From Christensenellaceae bacterium (GTDB lineage Bacteria; Bacillota; Clostridia; Christensenellales; Borkfalkiaceae): 64,000 bases of DNA. Below the pieces are notes generated by a model. The model was not told the DNA's origin and did not search any database. It worked only from the letters and a program-made list of their open reading frames with translations. The stretch covers positions 2,062-66,061 of the forward strand of contig JAZLMT010000025.1 of assembly GCA_045598745.1 (NCBI GenBank). The letters are read 5' to 3'. The translations under genes were made by a program, and so were the position numbers. Shown piece by piece: positions 55,865 to 64,000 of this stretch. Numbering within the stretch: the stretch's first letter is position 1; each line of letters opens with the position of its first letter.

Positions 55865-56601
55865 GAACGTAACTCCTTATAGATCTTTTCAAACAAAATA
55901 GAAAATTCGGGTTTTTCCCGTCTTTCTAACGGAGAAGATCCTTGTATCTTTGGTATAAATTCACTTTTTACCGTTGCAGGCCTTTTCGTTAAAACAATTA
56001 TTCTATCCGAAAGTGAAATTGCTTCTGAAATATCATGAGTAACTAAAATCGTTGTTTTGTTTTCGTTTTTAATTATTTTATAAACGTCATCACAAACTTC
56101 TAGCCTTGTTTGAGAATCAAGGGCAGAGAAGGGTTCGTCAAGCAAAAGTATTTCAGGCTTAAAAACAAGCGTTCTGATTAGTGCGACACGTTGTCTCATA
56201 CCGCCGGAAAGTTCGGAAGGGTAATTCTTTCTGAAATCGTAAAGCCCGTATTTTTTTAGAAGTTCCTCTGCGTATTGTTTATTTTCTTTAGTAAAATTCT
56301 TTTTTATTTCTAAAGGTAGATAAATGTTTTTCTCAATTGTTCTCCATGGAAAAAGTTGGTCTTTTTGTAGCATATAACCTAAATTTAGGTTTTTTGAAGT
56401 TGTATAAATTTTACCTTCCGTCGGGGTAATTAACCCCGAAATTAAAGATAAAATTGTTGTTTTTCCACACCCGGAAGGACCGATTATTGAAACGAATTCA
56501 CCTTTTTTTACCGAAAGGTTAAAATTATCCACAGCCAAAACTTCATCGGTTGGCGTTTGGTATTTATACTTAATTCTTTGCATTTGTAAAATTTTTTCCA
56601 T
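55861..56601 (-). CDS. ABC transporter ATP-binding protein, NitT/TauT family
   Basis: GPSGCGKTT, LSGGMRQRVA and LLLDEPFSALD. Confidence 0.85.
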   Translation of the reverse strand: MEKILQMQRIKYKYQTPTDEVLAVDNFNLSVKKGEFVSIIGPSGCGKTTILSLISGLITPTEGKIYTTSKNLNLGYMLQKDQLFPWRTIEKNIYLPLEIKKNFTKENKQYAEELLKKYGLYDFRKNYPSELSGGMRQRVALIRTLVFKPEILLLDEPFSALDSQTRLEVCDDVYKIIKNENKTTILVTHDISEAISLSDRIIVLTKRPATVKSEFIPKIQGSSPLERREKPEFSILFEKIYKELRS

Positions 56602-56631
56602 AGTTTTTTCCGCCGTATAAATTTTATTTTA

Positions 56632-57609
56632 TTACTTTAATATAGAAGTGTTTACGATTGACGAGAAAGAGAATTTGCTTTGTAATTCCTTTGAATAAAT
56701 CATTATGTTTTGTAGATTATCAAAACTGCTTTCGGTAGGAATAAAATCCTTTTTCCAAGCGTCAATGTTTTTATAACTTTTTATAGAAGTTTCTATAGAT
56801 TCAATCGTCGTTGAAGGGAATTGTTTTACTATAGAATTTGCAACTTCTCTTTCTGTTTTCGTATATAAAAATTCCATTGCTTTTTTTAGTGCGTTAATAA
56901 ACTTTTTAAGCGTTTCGCTATTATCGTTTATAAAACTGTTAAGGCATATAAAAGAAGTATACGGTATTTCTCCGCTTGCTTCACCAACACTTCCTACGAT
57001 ATGCCATTTGCCTTGTTTTTGATATTCGGAAGCGGTCGGTTCAAAGACAGTGCAGTAATCGGCTGTTCCTTCAATAAACGCACTGGTCATTAAATTAAAT
57101 TGAACGTCATAATTTAAGTTATAATCAACAGTATTTACCAAGCCTTTTTTGTATAAAAGATATTCAAACGACATTGCCGGAACACCACCACGGCGACCTG
57201 CTAAAATTTCTTTGTCTTTTAAGTTTTCCCACTTAAAATTCTTTTCTTCAGTTCTGGAAACCAAAAAAGCACCGTCTTTTTGTGTGAGTTGCGCAAATAC
57301 TTTCGGCGCATCTTTTTTGCCTTGGTTCAGTATATAAATAACAGTTTCAGGTCCCATTAAACCGATATCTGCCGAACCCGATAAAACGGCTGTCATAGAA
57401 TTATCCGCACCGCCACCGTTTGTCAGCTGTATCTTTAAGCCTTCTTCTTCAAAATATCCGTTTTCCATTGCAATATATAACGGGGCATAGAAGACAGAGT
57501 GAGTAACTTCGTTTAAGTTGATAACTTGTAAATCATCGTCTTTTTTGCAACTAGTTAAGGGAATAAGTAAAAAAATTAAAGTTAAAAAAATTGTTAATAT
57601 TTTTTTCAT
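56632..57609 (-). CDS. NMT1/THI5-like substrate-binding lipoprotein of the ABC transporter
   Basis: Signal peptide MKKILTIFLTLIFLLIPLTSC with lipobox LTSC. Start set at ATG 57607-57609 with GGAGAA upstream. Confidence 0.75.
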   Translation of the reverse strand: MKKILTIFLTLIFLLIPLTSCKKDDDLQVINLNEVTHSVFYAPLYIAMENGYFEEEGLKIQLTNGGGADNSMTAVLSGSADIGLMGPETVIYILNQGKKDAPKVFAQLTQKDGAFLVSRTEEKNFKWENLKDKEILAGRRGGVPAMSFEYLLYKKGLVNTVDYNLNYDVQFNLMTSAFIEGTADYCTVFEPTASEYQKQGKWHIVGSVGEASGEIPYTSFICLNSFINDNSETLKKFINALKKAMEFLYTKTEREVANSIVKQFPSTTIESIETSIKSYKNIDAWKKDFIPTESSFDNLQNIMIYSKELQSKFSFSSIVNTSILK

Positions 57610-57674
57610 AATTTCTCCATTATTATTTTTGATTTTTTTGTTTAATATTTTATTGTATGTTTTGACAATTATAA

Positions 57675-57703
57675 TTGACAATGTTTTACATATATTGTAT
57701 AAT
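57675..57703 (+). promoter_or_regulatory. sigma-A promoter of valS
   Basis: TTGACA (57675-57680), 17-nt spacer, TATAAT (57698-57703). A second TTGACAAT copy lies at 57662-57669. Confidence 0.55.
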
Positions 57704-57728
57704 TTTATGGATATAAAGGAGAAAAGTC

Positions 57729-60353
57729 ATGGACATGGAAAAAACCTATAATCCTTCGTCATTTGAGAAGGATATCTATAAAGAATGGGAAGAAAAAGGA
57801 TATTTTAAAGCAAAAGTAGATCCAAATAAATTACCGTTTACAATAGTTATTCCGCCACCGAATATTACGGGGCAATTACATATGGGGCATGCTCTTGACG
57901 AAACCCTTCAAGATACATTAATTAGATTCAAGCGTATGCAAGGTTATAGTGCATTATGGCTTCCGGGAACCGACCATGCTTCTATTGCAACCGAAGTTAA
58001 AATCGTTGATCAAATGAAGAAAGAAGGTTTGACAAAGAAAGACGTTGGCAGAGAAGGCTTTTTAAAACGTGCTTGGGCGTGGAAAGAGCAATACGGCGGA
58101 AGAATTGTTGAACAGTTAAAAACTTTGGGTTCTTCTTGTGATTGGTCTAGGCTTTCATTTACAATGGATGAAAAGTGTTCAAGGGCTGTTAAAGAAGTTT
58201 TTGTTAATTTATACAATAAAGGTTTAATTTATAGGGGCGATAGAATAATCAACTGGTGCCCTGATTGTAAGACGGCGCTTTCGGATGCCGAAGTTGAATA
58301 CGTAGAAGAAGATAGCCATTTATGGTATATCAAATATCCTATAAAGGATAGTGACGAGTATTTGACGGTTGCAACTTCACGTCCGGAAACTATGTTCGGT
58401 GATACAGCCGTTGCCGTTAATCCAAAAGATAAAAAATACGGTAAGTTAGTGGGTAAAACTTTAATTTTGCCTATTGTTAATAAAGAAATTCCTGTTGTTG
58501 CCGACGATTACGTTGAACTTGATTTCGGAACGGGTGCTGTTAAAATTACTCCGGCACACGACCCGAACGACTTTGAAGTTGGGCTTCGTCACAACCTAGA
58601 AGTTATTAGAGTTTTAAACGACGATGGCACAATGAACGAAAAAGCCGGAAAATATAACGGCATGAAGGCTTTAGAGTGCCGTGAAAAAGTCGTAGAAGAA
58701 TTAAAAGAATTAGATTTATTAGAAAAAATTGAGCCACTTCACCATAACGTTGGGCATTGTTATAGGTGTAATCATACGGTTGAACCTATCGTTTCAAAAC
58801 AATGGTTTGTTAAAATGGAACCTTTAGCAATACCGGCTATTGACGTTGTTAAGAAAAAGAGTGTTAAATTCGTTCCTGATAGATTTTCTAAAATCTACTT
58901 TAACTGGATGGAAAATATTAAAGACTGGTGTATTTCACGTCAACTTTGGTGGGGGCACAGAATCCCTGCATATTACTGCCAAGATTGTGGCGAAATGATG
59001 ATTTCTAAAGAAGACGTTCACGTTTGCACAAAATGCGGTAGTAAAAATATTAAGCAAGATGAAGACGTTTTGGATACTTGGTTTTCTTCAGCACTTTGGC
59101 CTTTCTCAACACTCGGTTATCCGGAAAAGACCGAAGATCTTGATTATTTCTATCCGACGGACGTTTTGGTTACAGGTTACGATATAATTTTCTTCTGGGT
59201 TGCCAGAATGATTTTCTCTGGGCTTGAACACATGAAACGTATTCCTTTTAAAGACGTTTTAATTCACGGACTTGTTCGTGATGCGCAAGGCAGAAAGATG
59301 AGCAAGTCTTTAGGGAACGGTATTGATCCAACTGTTATTATTGATAAATACGGCGCAGATACTTTGCGTTTCTCTTTAATAAACGGTGTTTCCGCCGGTA
59401 GCGATATGAGATTTTCCGACGAAAAGATTGAAGGCGCAAGAAACTTTATGAATAAGGTTTGGAACGCAAGCAGATTCGTTTTAATGAACGCCGAAGGCAA
59501 AAAGATTAAAGACATAAAAGACTGTAAATTAAATACGGCAGATAAGTGGATAATTTCAAAATTAAATAAAAAGATTAAAGACGTTACGCTCAATATGGAA
59601 AAATACGAAATGGGCGTTGCACTTGCAAATCTTTACGATTTTGTTTGGACTGATTTCTGCGATTGGTATATTGAACTCACTAAACCTGTTTTATACGGGG
59701 AAGATAGTGAAAAGTGTTTGGATACCGTTAGCGTTTTAGTTTACGTTTTGACGGAAATTCTAAAGTTATTGCATCCGTTTGTCCCGTTTATAACCGAAAA
59801 GATTTATAAAGATATTCCTAACGCTAAAGGAACGATAATGCTTCAAGAATTCCCAAGGTATAACACAAAACTTAATTATTCAACGGCAGTTAAAGAAATT
59901 GAACCTGTTAAAGAAATTATTAAGTCAATTAGAAATATTAAAGTAAGCGTTGCGGCAGCCCCTTCAAAGAAAGTATCTTTATTTGTAGTTACCGAAAATA
60001 AAAAAGTTGTTAAGGATTGCACTATATATATTCAAAAACTTGCCGGGGTAGATAAAATAGAATTTATCAATAATAAAGAAGAGTTGAAAGAAAAAACTAT
60101 TTCTCAAATTATTGACGGATACGAACTTTATATTCCGCTTGGCGAACTTGTTGACATAAGTGTTGAGATTGAAAGATTGAAAAAAGAACTTAATAATACC
60201 GAAGCAGAAATTAAACGTGCAAGCGGTAAACTTGCAAATAACGGCTTCCTTGATAAAGCTCCGAAAGAACTTGTTGATCAGGAAAGAGCAAAACTTGATA
60301 AATATTTAGAAATTAGAAAGAAACTTATTAGGGAAATAAGTGGATTAGAATAA
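57729..60353 (+). CDS. valS: valyl-tRNA synthetase
   Basis: PPPNITGQLHMGH (HIGH), CP1 editing domain, KMSKSLGN, and C-terminal coiled coil. Confidence 0.95.
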   Translation: MDMEKTYNPSSFEKDIYKEWEEKGYFKAKVDPNKLPFTIVIPPPNITGQLHMGHALDETLQDTLIRFKRMQGYSALWLPGTDHASIATEVKIVDQMKKEGLTKKDVGREGFLKRAWAWKEQYGGRIVEQLKTLGSSCDWSRLSFTMDEKCSRAVKEVFVNLYNKGLIYRGDRIINWCPDCKTALSDAEVEYVEEDSHLWYIKYPIKDSDEYLTVATSRPETMFGDTAVAVNPKDKKYGKLVGKTLILPIVNKEIPVVADDYVELDFGTGAVKITPAHDPNDFEVGLRHNLEVIRVLNDDGTMNEKAGKYNGMKALECREKVVEELKELDLLEKIEPLHHNVGHCYRCNHTVEPIVSKQWFVKMEPLAIPAIDVVKKKSVKFVPDRFSKIYFNWMENIKDWCISRQLWWGHRIPAYYCQDCGEMMISKEDVHVCTKCGSKNIKQDEDVLDTWFSSALWPFSTLGYPEKTEDLDYFYPTDVLVTGYDIIFFWVARMIFSGLEHMKRIPFKDVLIHGLVRDAQGRKMSKSLGNGIDPTVIIDKYGADTLRFSLINGVSAGSDMRFSDEKIEGARNFMNKVWNASRFVLMNAEGKKIKDIKDCKLNTADKWIISKLNKKIKDVTLNMEKYEMGVALANLYDFVWTDFCDWYIELTKPVLYGEDSEKCLDTVSVLVYVLTEILKLLHPFVPFITEKIYKDIPNAKGTIMLQEFPRYNTKLNYSTAVKEIEPVKEIIKSIRNIKVSVAAAPSKKVSLFVVTENKKVVKDCTIYIQKLAGVDKIEFINNKEELKEKTISQIIDGYELYIPLGELVDISVEIERLKKELNNTEAEIKRASGKLANNGFLDKAPKELVDQERAKLDKYLEIRKKLIREISGLE

Positions 60354-60359
60354 AATTTC

Positions 60360-60390
60360 ACCGCAGGATTTCCCTGCGGTCTTATTTTTT
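60360..60390 (+). terminator. rho-independent terminator after valS
   Basis: ACCGCAGG-ATTTC-CCTGCGGT followed by a T-rich tract. Confidence 0.7.
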
Positions 60391-61023
60391 ATGGCGAATT
60401 GTTATTTAACCATTGATGGTGTTTTTGAAAACTTAATAGTAATAGAAAAGTCTAAATTTATTTGCTATATTAAGGGCATTGAAAGTGAAGATGATGCTAA
60501 AGCGTTCGTTGAAGAAATCAAAAAAAAGAATTCTATGGCAACGCATAATTGTTATGCCTATATTGCCGACGAAAACGGTTTAATAAAAAAGTTTTCTGAT
60601 GACGGCGAACCACAGGGAACGGCAGGGCTTCCTATGTTAGAAGCGCTTTCAAACAATAACTTAAAGAAAGTTGTTTGTGTCGTAACCAGATATTTTGGCG
60701 GAATAAAACTTGGAACGGGTGGGCTTAACAGAGCATACGGCAACAGCGTTTCGGAATGCATAAAAATTGCAAATAAGGTTAACTACGAACTTTCCGTAAA
60801 TTGTGTTTTAAGGTGTAAATACGATATGCTCAAGCCTTTTCAAAAATTAATACAAAATAAAAAAATAGTGGTTTCAAATATTGATTACAGTGATAACGTT
60901 AAAGTTGAGTTCTATTTGCCTATAAACGATTTTGAAGTTTTTAATAATAATATTTTGGAATTATTCAACGGCGAAAAAGTTTTAGAAAAAATAAAAGAAT
61001 CTTATTCTATATATAGGTGTTAA
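60391..61023 (+). CDS. yigZ: YigZ/IMPACT-family protein (UPF0029)
   Basis: KSKFICY, ATHNCYAYI, DDGEPQGTAG and VVTRYFGGIKLG motifs. Confidence 0.8.
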   Translation: MANCYLTIDGVFENLIVIEKSKFICYIKGIESEDDAKAFVEEIKKKNSMATHNCYAYIADENGLIKKFSDDGEPQGTAGLPMLEALSNNNLKKVVCVVTRYFGGIKLGTGGLNRAYGNSVSECIKIANKVNYELSVNCVLRCKYDMLKPFQKLIQNKKIVVSNIDYSDNVKVEFYLPINDFEVFNNNILELFNGEKVLEKIKESYSIYRC

Positions 61024-61024
61024 A

Positions 61025-61657
61025 ATGGGTATAATAACAGAGATTAAGGTTCAAGAAAAAAGAAAGAACAGATGTAACGTTTATATTGATAATGAGTTTT
61101 CTTTTGGAATTTCAAACGAAAATGCTATAAAAAATCATTTAAAAAAAGATATGGTTTTAACTGAACAGGATATTGAAAGAATAAAGAATACCGATGAATA
61201 TGAAAATGCTCTTTCAAAAGCAGTTAATTTTATTTCCAAAACGCTAAAGACAAAAATGCAAGTCGTTAATTATTTAAGGAATAAAGGCTTTGAAGACGAA
61301 ATTGTTTTTAGGGTTGTTGATAAACTAAAAGAATATAAGTATATTGACGATATAGAATATGCAAAAAAATACCTTGAATTTTCTTCAAAAAAGCAAGGTG
61401 AAAAACTTTCAAACTACAAGTTGATGGCAAAAGGAATTAAAAAGGAAGATATAGAAAAGGCAAATAATGAAAGTGAAATAGTTTATGCTGTGGCTTGTGA
61501 AAACGTTTTGGAAAAATATTTAAGGAATAAAGAAAAAACAAAAGAGAATATAATTAAGGCCCAAAGATATTTATTGGGAAAAGGCTTTTCGTATGAAGAT
61601 ATAGAAAGTGCTATATCAAAAATTAAGGTGGATAATGGAGAGAATTTTAACAGTTGA
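61025..61657 (+). CDS. recX: RecA regulator RecX
   Basis: Three-repeat helical layout with YLRNKGF...VVDKLKEYKYIDD..YA and a repeated KGI/KGF segment. Confidence 0.75.
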   Translation: MGIITEIKVQEKRKNRCNVYIDNEFSFGISNENAIKNHLKKDMVLTEQDIERIKNTDEYENALSKAVNFISKTLKTKMQVVNYLRNKGFEDEIVFRVVDKLKEYKYIDDIEYAKKYLEFSSKKQGEKLSNYKLMAKGIKKEDIEKANNESEIVYAVACENVLEKYLRNKEKTKENIIKAQRYLLGKGFSYEDIESAISKIKVDNGENFNS

Positions 61658-63068
61658 ACAAATGCAGGAGAGCGATAAGTTCACGATAGAGCAACTTGGT
61701 ATTTCTAAAGAAGAACTTATTGAACGTGCCGGGCTTGCCGTTACAGAAGAAATAATAAAAAGATTTCCGGGTGGCAGGGTTTTGGTTTGCCTTGGAAACG
61801 GTAATAACGGAGAAGACGGTAGAATAGTTGCAAAATATCTTTCAAAAAGGCATGGTTTTACCGTTGCAACAATCAACGTTTTTAGAAGCTTCTATAAAAT
61901 GTTTGACAGAAAGTTTGATATTATAGTTGACTGTATATTCGGAACAGGGCTTAATAGAGAAGTTGAAGGGAAAGCTAAGGAAGCGATTGAAAATATAAAT
62001 AAAAGCGGTGCTTTCGTTATATCTTGTGATATTCCAAGCGGGTTAAACGGAAACACAGGTTTACCTATGGGCGTTGCTGTTAAAGCAAATTTAACTATTG
62101 CTATTCAAGAATATAAACTAGGGCATTTTTTAAATGACGGGCCTGATTATACCGGTCAAATAATATGTAAAGATATAGGAATAAGTATTTGGGGTGAAGA
62201 TTACGTTAATCGTATTTCTTCAAAAGAAGTTTCTAAATTTTTTGAAAAAAGGAATAGAAACGTCAATAAAGGTAATTTTGGGAAAGTTACTATTTTGGGT
62301 GGCTCTAAAGATTTTCCGGGTAGTGTTTTGCTTTCGTTAAACGGGCTTTCCGCTTTAAGGGTAGGAACGGGATATTCAAATCTTGCCGTTCCTGAATCCT
62401 TACTTTCGATTTACTCTTGTATTGTTCCAGAATGCACTATGACAGGAATAAAGGATAATAAAGGTTATTTAACTTTTGATAAAGAAAACATTGATAAATT
62501 ATTCAAGTATGACTGCATTGCCTTTGGTATGGGAATAGGGACGAATAAGGAAAACTATGATATTTTGAAATATATTTTAGAAAATTATAGTGGTGTTTTG
62601 ATTATTGATGCCGACGGAATAAACGTCTTATCAATTTATGGGTTAGAAATATTAAAAAATAAAAAATGCGAAGTTGTTTTAACTCCGCATATTAAAGAAT
62701 TTTCAAGGCTTGTTAAACAAGAAGTAGCTTTTATTCAAGAAAAATCACTTGCCTTTTGTAAATCGTTTGCAAAAGAATATAACGTCATAATGTTATTAAA
62801 GAGCGCCACTACCGTAATTTCAAACGGTGAAAAAATTTGTTTAAATACAGTTGGCTCAAGTGGTATGGCAAAAGGTGGTAGTGGGGACGTGCTTTCCGGT
62901 ATTATTGCGGGAATGATTTCTAAAAAGAAAGATATTTTTGATTCAGTTGTTGCTTCTTGCTACTTGTTTGGAAAAGCCGGTGAACTAACAGCTTCAAAAT
63001 TTAACGAATATTATATGAATCCTTCAGACGTTATAAAAAATCTAAACGAAGTAATGAATTCGCTTTAA
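61635..63068 (+). CDS. nnr: bifunctional NAD(P)H-hydrate repair enzyme Nnr (epimerase plus ADP-dependent dehydratase)
   Basis: YjeF_N part GNGNNGEDG and DCIFGTGL. C-terminal kinase-fold part KGNFGKV, GMGIG and GGSGDVLSG. ATG 61635 after GGTGGA. Confidence 0.85.
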   Translation: MERILTVEQMQESDKFTIEQLGISKEELIERAGLAVTEEIIKRFPGGRVLVCLGNGNNGEDGRIVAKYLSKRHGFTVATINVFRSFYKMFDRKFDIIVDCIFGTGLNREVEGKAKEAIENINKSGAFVISCDIPSGLNGNTGLPMGVAVKANLTIAIQEYKLGHFLNDGPDYTGQIICKDIGISIWGEDYVNRISSKEVSKFFEKRNRNVNKGNFGKVTILGGSKDFPGSVLLSLNGLSALRVGTGYSNLAVPESLLSIYSCIVPECTMTGIKDNKGYLTFDKENIDKLFKYDCIAFGMGIGTNKENYDILKYILENYSGVLIIDADGINVLSIYGLEILKNKKCEVVLTPHIKEFSRLVKQEVAFIQEKSLAFCKSFAKEYNVIMLLKSATTVISNGEKICLNTVGSSGMAKGGSGDVLSGIIAGMISKKKDIFDSVVASCYLFGKAGELTASKFNEYYMNPSDVIKNLNEVMNSL

Positions 63069-63370
63069 ACTATAACGCCAAGTCCATTTCGGTATAAAAG
63101 AATAAAAACATAAATGTTTAGGGCAATAAAAACGGGTATAAGCGTCATCATAAGTATACTTCTTAATCTATACTTAAAGATAAACATAAAAACATATATT
63201 CCTATAGCACCGCCTAAACCGGCAGTTAAAAAAAGTTTTGCATCTGTCACAACTTTTTGTTTTTCTTCTTTAATAAATCTTCCGTCTTTTTGAAATTTTA
63301 ACATTAATATTCCATAAAAATTTATTGCGATAATATAGACGGATATTAAAATATAAAAAATTGTTGGCAT
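63065..63370 (-). CDS. small membrane protein, DUF1294-like
   Basis: INFYGILMLKFQKD...LFLTAGLGGAIG...FKYRLRS resembles the DUF1294 pattern. Start set at ATG 63368-63370 to avoid running into the nrdR promoter and start. Confidence 0.45.
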   Translation of the reverse strand: MPTIFYILISVYIIAINFYGILMLKFQKDGRFIKEEKQKVVTDAKLFLTAGLGGAIGIYVFMFIFKYRLRSILMMTLIPVFIALNIYVFILLYRNGLGVIV

Positions 63371-63459
63371 ATAGAATATTTTGTGCTTTTTAACTTTTTT
63401 TATAATATATTTTGTATTTTTTTTGTTTTTATGATAGAATAAAGAAAAGGGGATAAAAA

Positions 63460-63918
63460 ATGAAGTGTAATTATTGTGGTTCAACTGAAAGCAAAGTTAT
63501 TGATTCAAGAGCTAGTGAAGACGGAACGTCTATTCGCCGTAGACGTGAATGTTTAGGGTGTGGTAAAAGATTTACAACATACGAAACTATTGAAACGACG
63601 CCTATTTTAGTCGTTAAGGCTAACGGCTCACGTCAGCCGTTTGATACAAATAAAATTAAAAACGGAATTATCAAGGCTTGCGAAAAACGTCCTGTTCCTA
63701 TGAGCAAGATTGATCAATTAGTTGAAGATATTCAGAAAAAAATATATAACTCGTTAAATCAAGAAATTCTAAGTAAAGAAATTGGCGAAATGGTTATGGA
63801 TGCATTAAAAGGGCTTGATGAAGTTGCCTACGTTAGATTTGCTTCCGTATATCGTTCTTTTACTGACGTTTCTTCTTTTATGTCTGAATTAAATAAAATG
63901 ATAAAGAGTAAAGGTTAA
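63460..63918 (+). CDS. nrdR: transcriptional repressor NrdR (Zn ribbon plus ATP-cone)
   Basis: MKCNYCGS...DSR...[18 protein letters not shown], then ATP-cone [10 protein letters not shown]. Confidence 0.95.
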   Translation: MKCNYCGSTESKVIDSRASEDGTSIRRRRECLGCGKRFTTYETIETTPILVVKANGSRQPFDTNKIKNGIIKACEKRPVPMSKIDQLVEDIQKKIYNSLNQEILSKEIGEMVMDALKGLDEVAYVRFASVYRSFTDVSSFMSELNKMIKSKG

Positions 63919-63920
63919 TT

Positions 63921-64000
63921 ATGGATAAATGGGATTTGCGTTTTATGAGCCTTGCCGAAAACGTTGCCGAGTGGTCTAGTTGTTATCAACTAAATAGGCA
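63921..64000 (+). CDS. probable dCMP/cytidine deaminase-family protein, N-terminal fragment (continues beyond the window)
   Basis: MDKWDLRFMSLAENVAEWSSC resembles the ComEB/dCMP deaminase N-terminus (W..FM.LA..VA..S.C). Only 26 codons are visible. Confidence 0.45.
   Translation, partial: MDKWDLRFMSLAENVAEWSSCYQLNR

Noticed and set aside
57610-57728. TPP (THI-box) riboswitch upstream of the NMT1/THI5-like binding protein.
   Set aside because: The minus-strand leader is short and very AT-rich, and it lacks the conserved CUGAGA / ACCUGA elements. The substrate of the transporter therefore stays unassigned.
63371-63484. Track extension of the small minus-strand membrane ORF, overlapping the nrdR start.
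   Set aside because: It would run antisense through the nrdR promoter, RBS and start. The internal ATG at 63370 gives a compact membrane protein.
1-64000. CRISPR arrays, tandem repeats, tRNA/rRNA genes, prophage or transposon boundaries.
   Set aside because: By eye I found no regularly spaced direct repeats, no tRNA-like T-arm or acceptor signatures in intergenic regions, and no integrase, transposase or recombinase ORFs. The only repeats noted are hairpins and an 8-nt promoter-region duplication.

Overview
AT-rich (roughly one-third G+C by eye), densely packed chromosomal segment of a low-GC Firmicute. It is most likely an endospore-forming member of the Clostridia, because spoIVA is present, gene order is Clostridia-like and stops follow the standard code. 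About 65 protein genes are supported, most on the + strand and many translationally coupled (ATGA/TAATG overlaps). I saw no rRNA, tRNA, CRISPR array, integrase or transposase. Most of the window is core housekeeping: pcrA-ligA; yicC-gmk-rpoZ; priA-def-fmt-rsmB-rlmN-rpe; rpmE-prmC-prfA; thrC-trpS; trmB; pncB; lspA-rluD; der-plsY-spoIVA; valS; recX; nnr; nrdR. The most unusual region is 33.0-44.5 kb. There, a consensus sigma-A promoter and one complete T-box leader (probable Leu CUC specifier) precede about 11 kb of 12 tightly packed genes with no internal terminator. These genes are: a LeuA paralogue with a degenerate catalytic motif set but a well-conserved leucine-regulatory domain; a fusion of a xylose-isomerase-like TIM barrel to an acyl-CoA ligase; a membrane ORFan; ilvE; a P-loop protein; a four-subunit 2-oxoacid:ferredoxin oxidoreductase; an XRE-cupin regulator; and a second acyl-CoA synthetase. 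I interpret this as a candidate tRNA-sensed route from branched short-chain fatty acids to branched-chain amino acids by reductive carboxylation. That is inference, not demonstrated. Other items worth a second look: a trmB-linked Mre11/SbcD-like, membrane-spanning SbcC/YhaN-like, HNH and amidohydrolase operon; a DUF1385-PrmC fusion; a DUF5685 / HPD-less J-like cysteine-string protein / membrane protein trio coupled between trpS and rlmD; a pseudo-dehydrogenase; a LexA-box-controlled Y-family polymerase/YolD cassette; and an unusually long hairpin at 46.1 kb. All functional calls come from motif recognition by eye. No database search was run.
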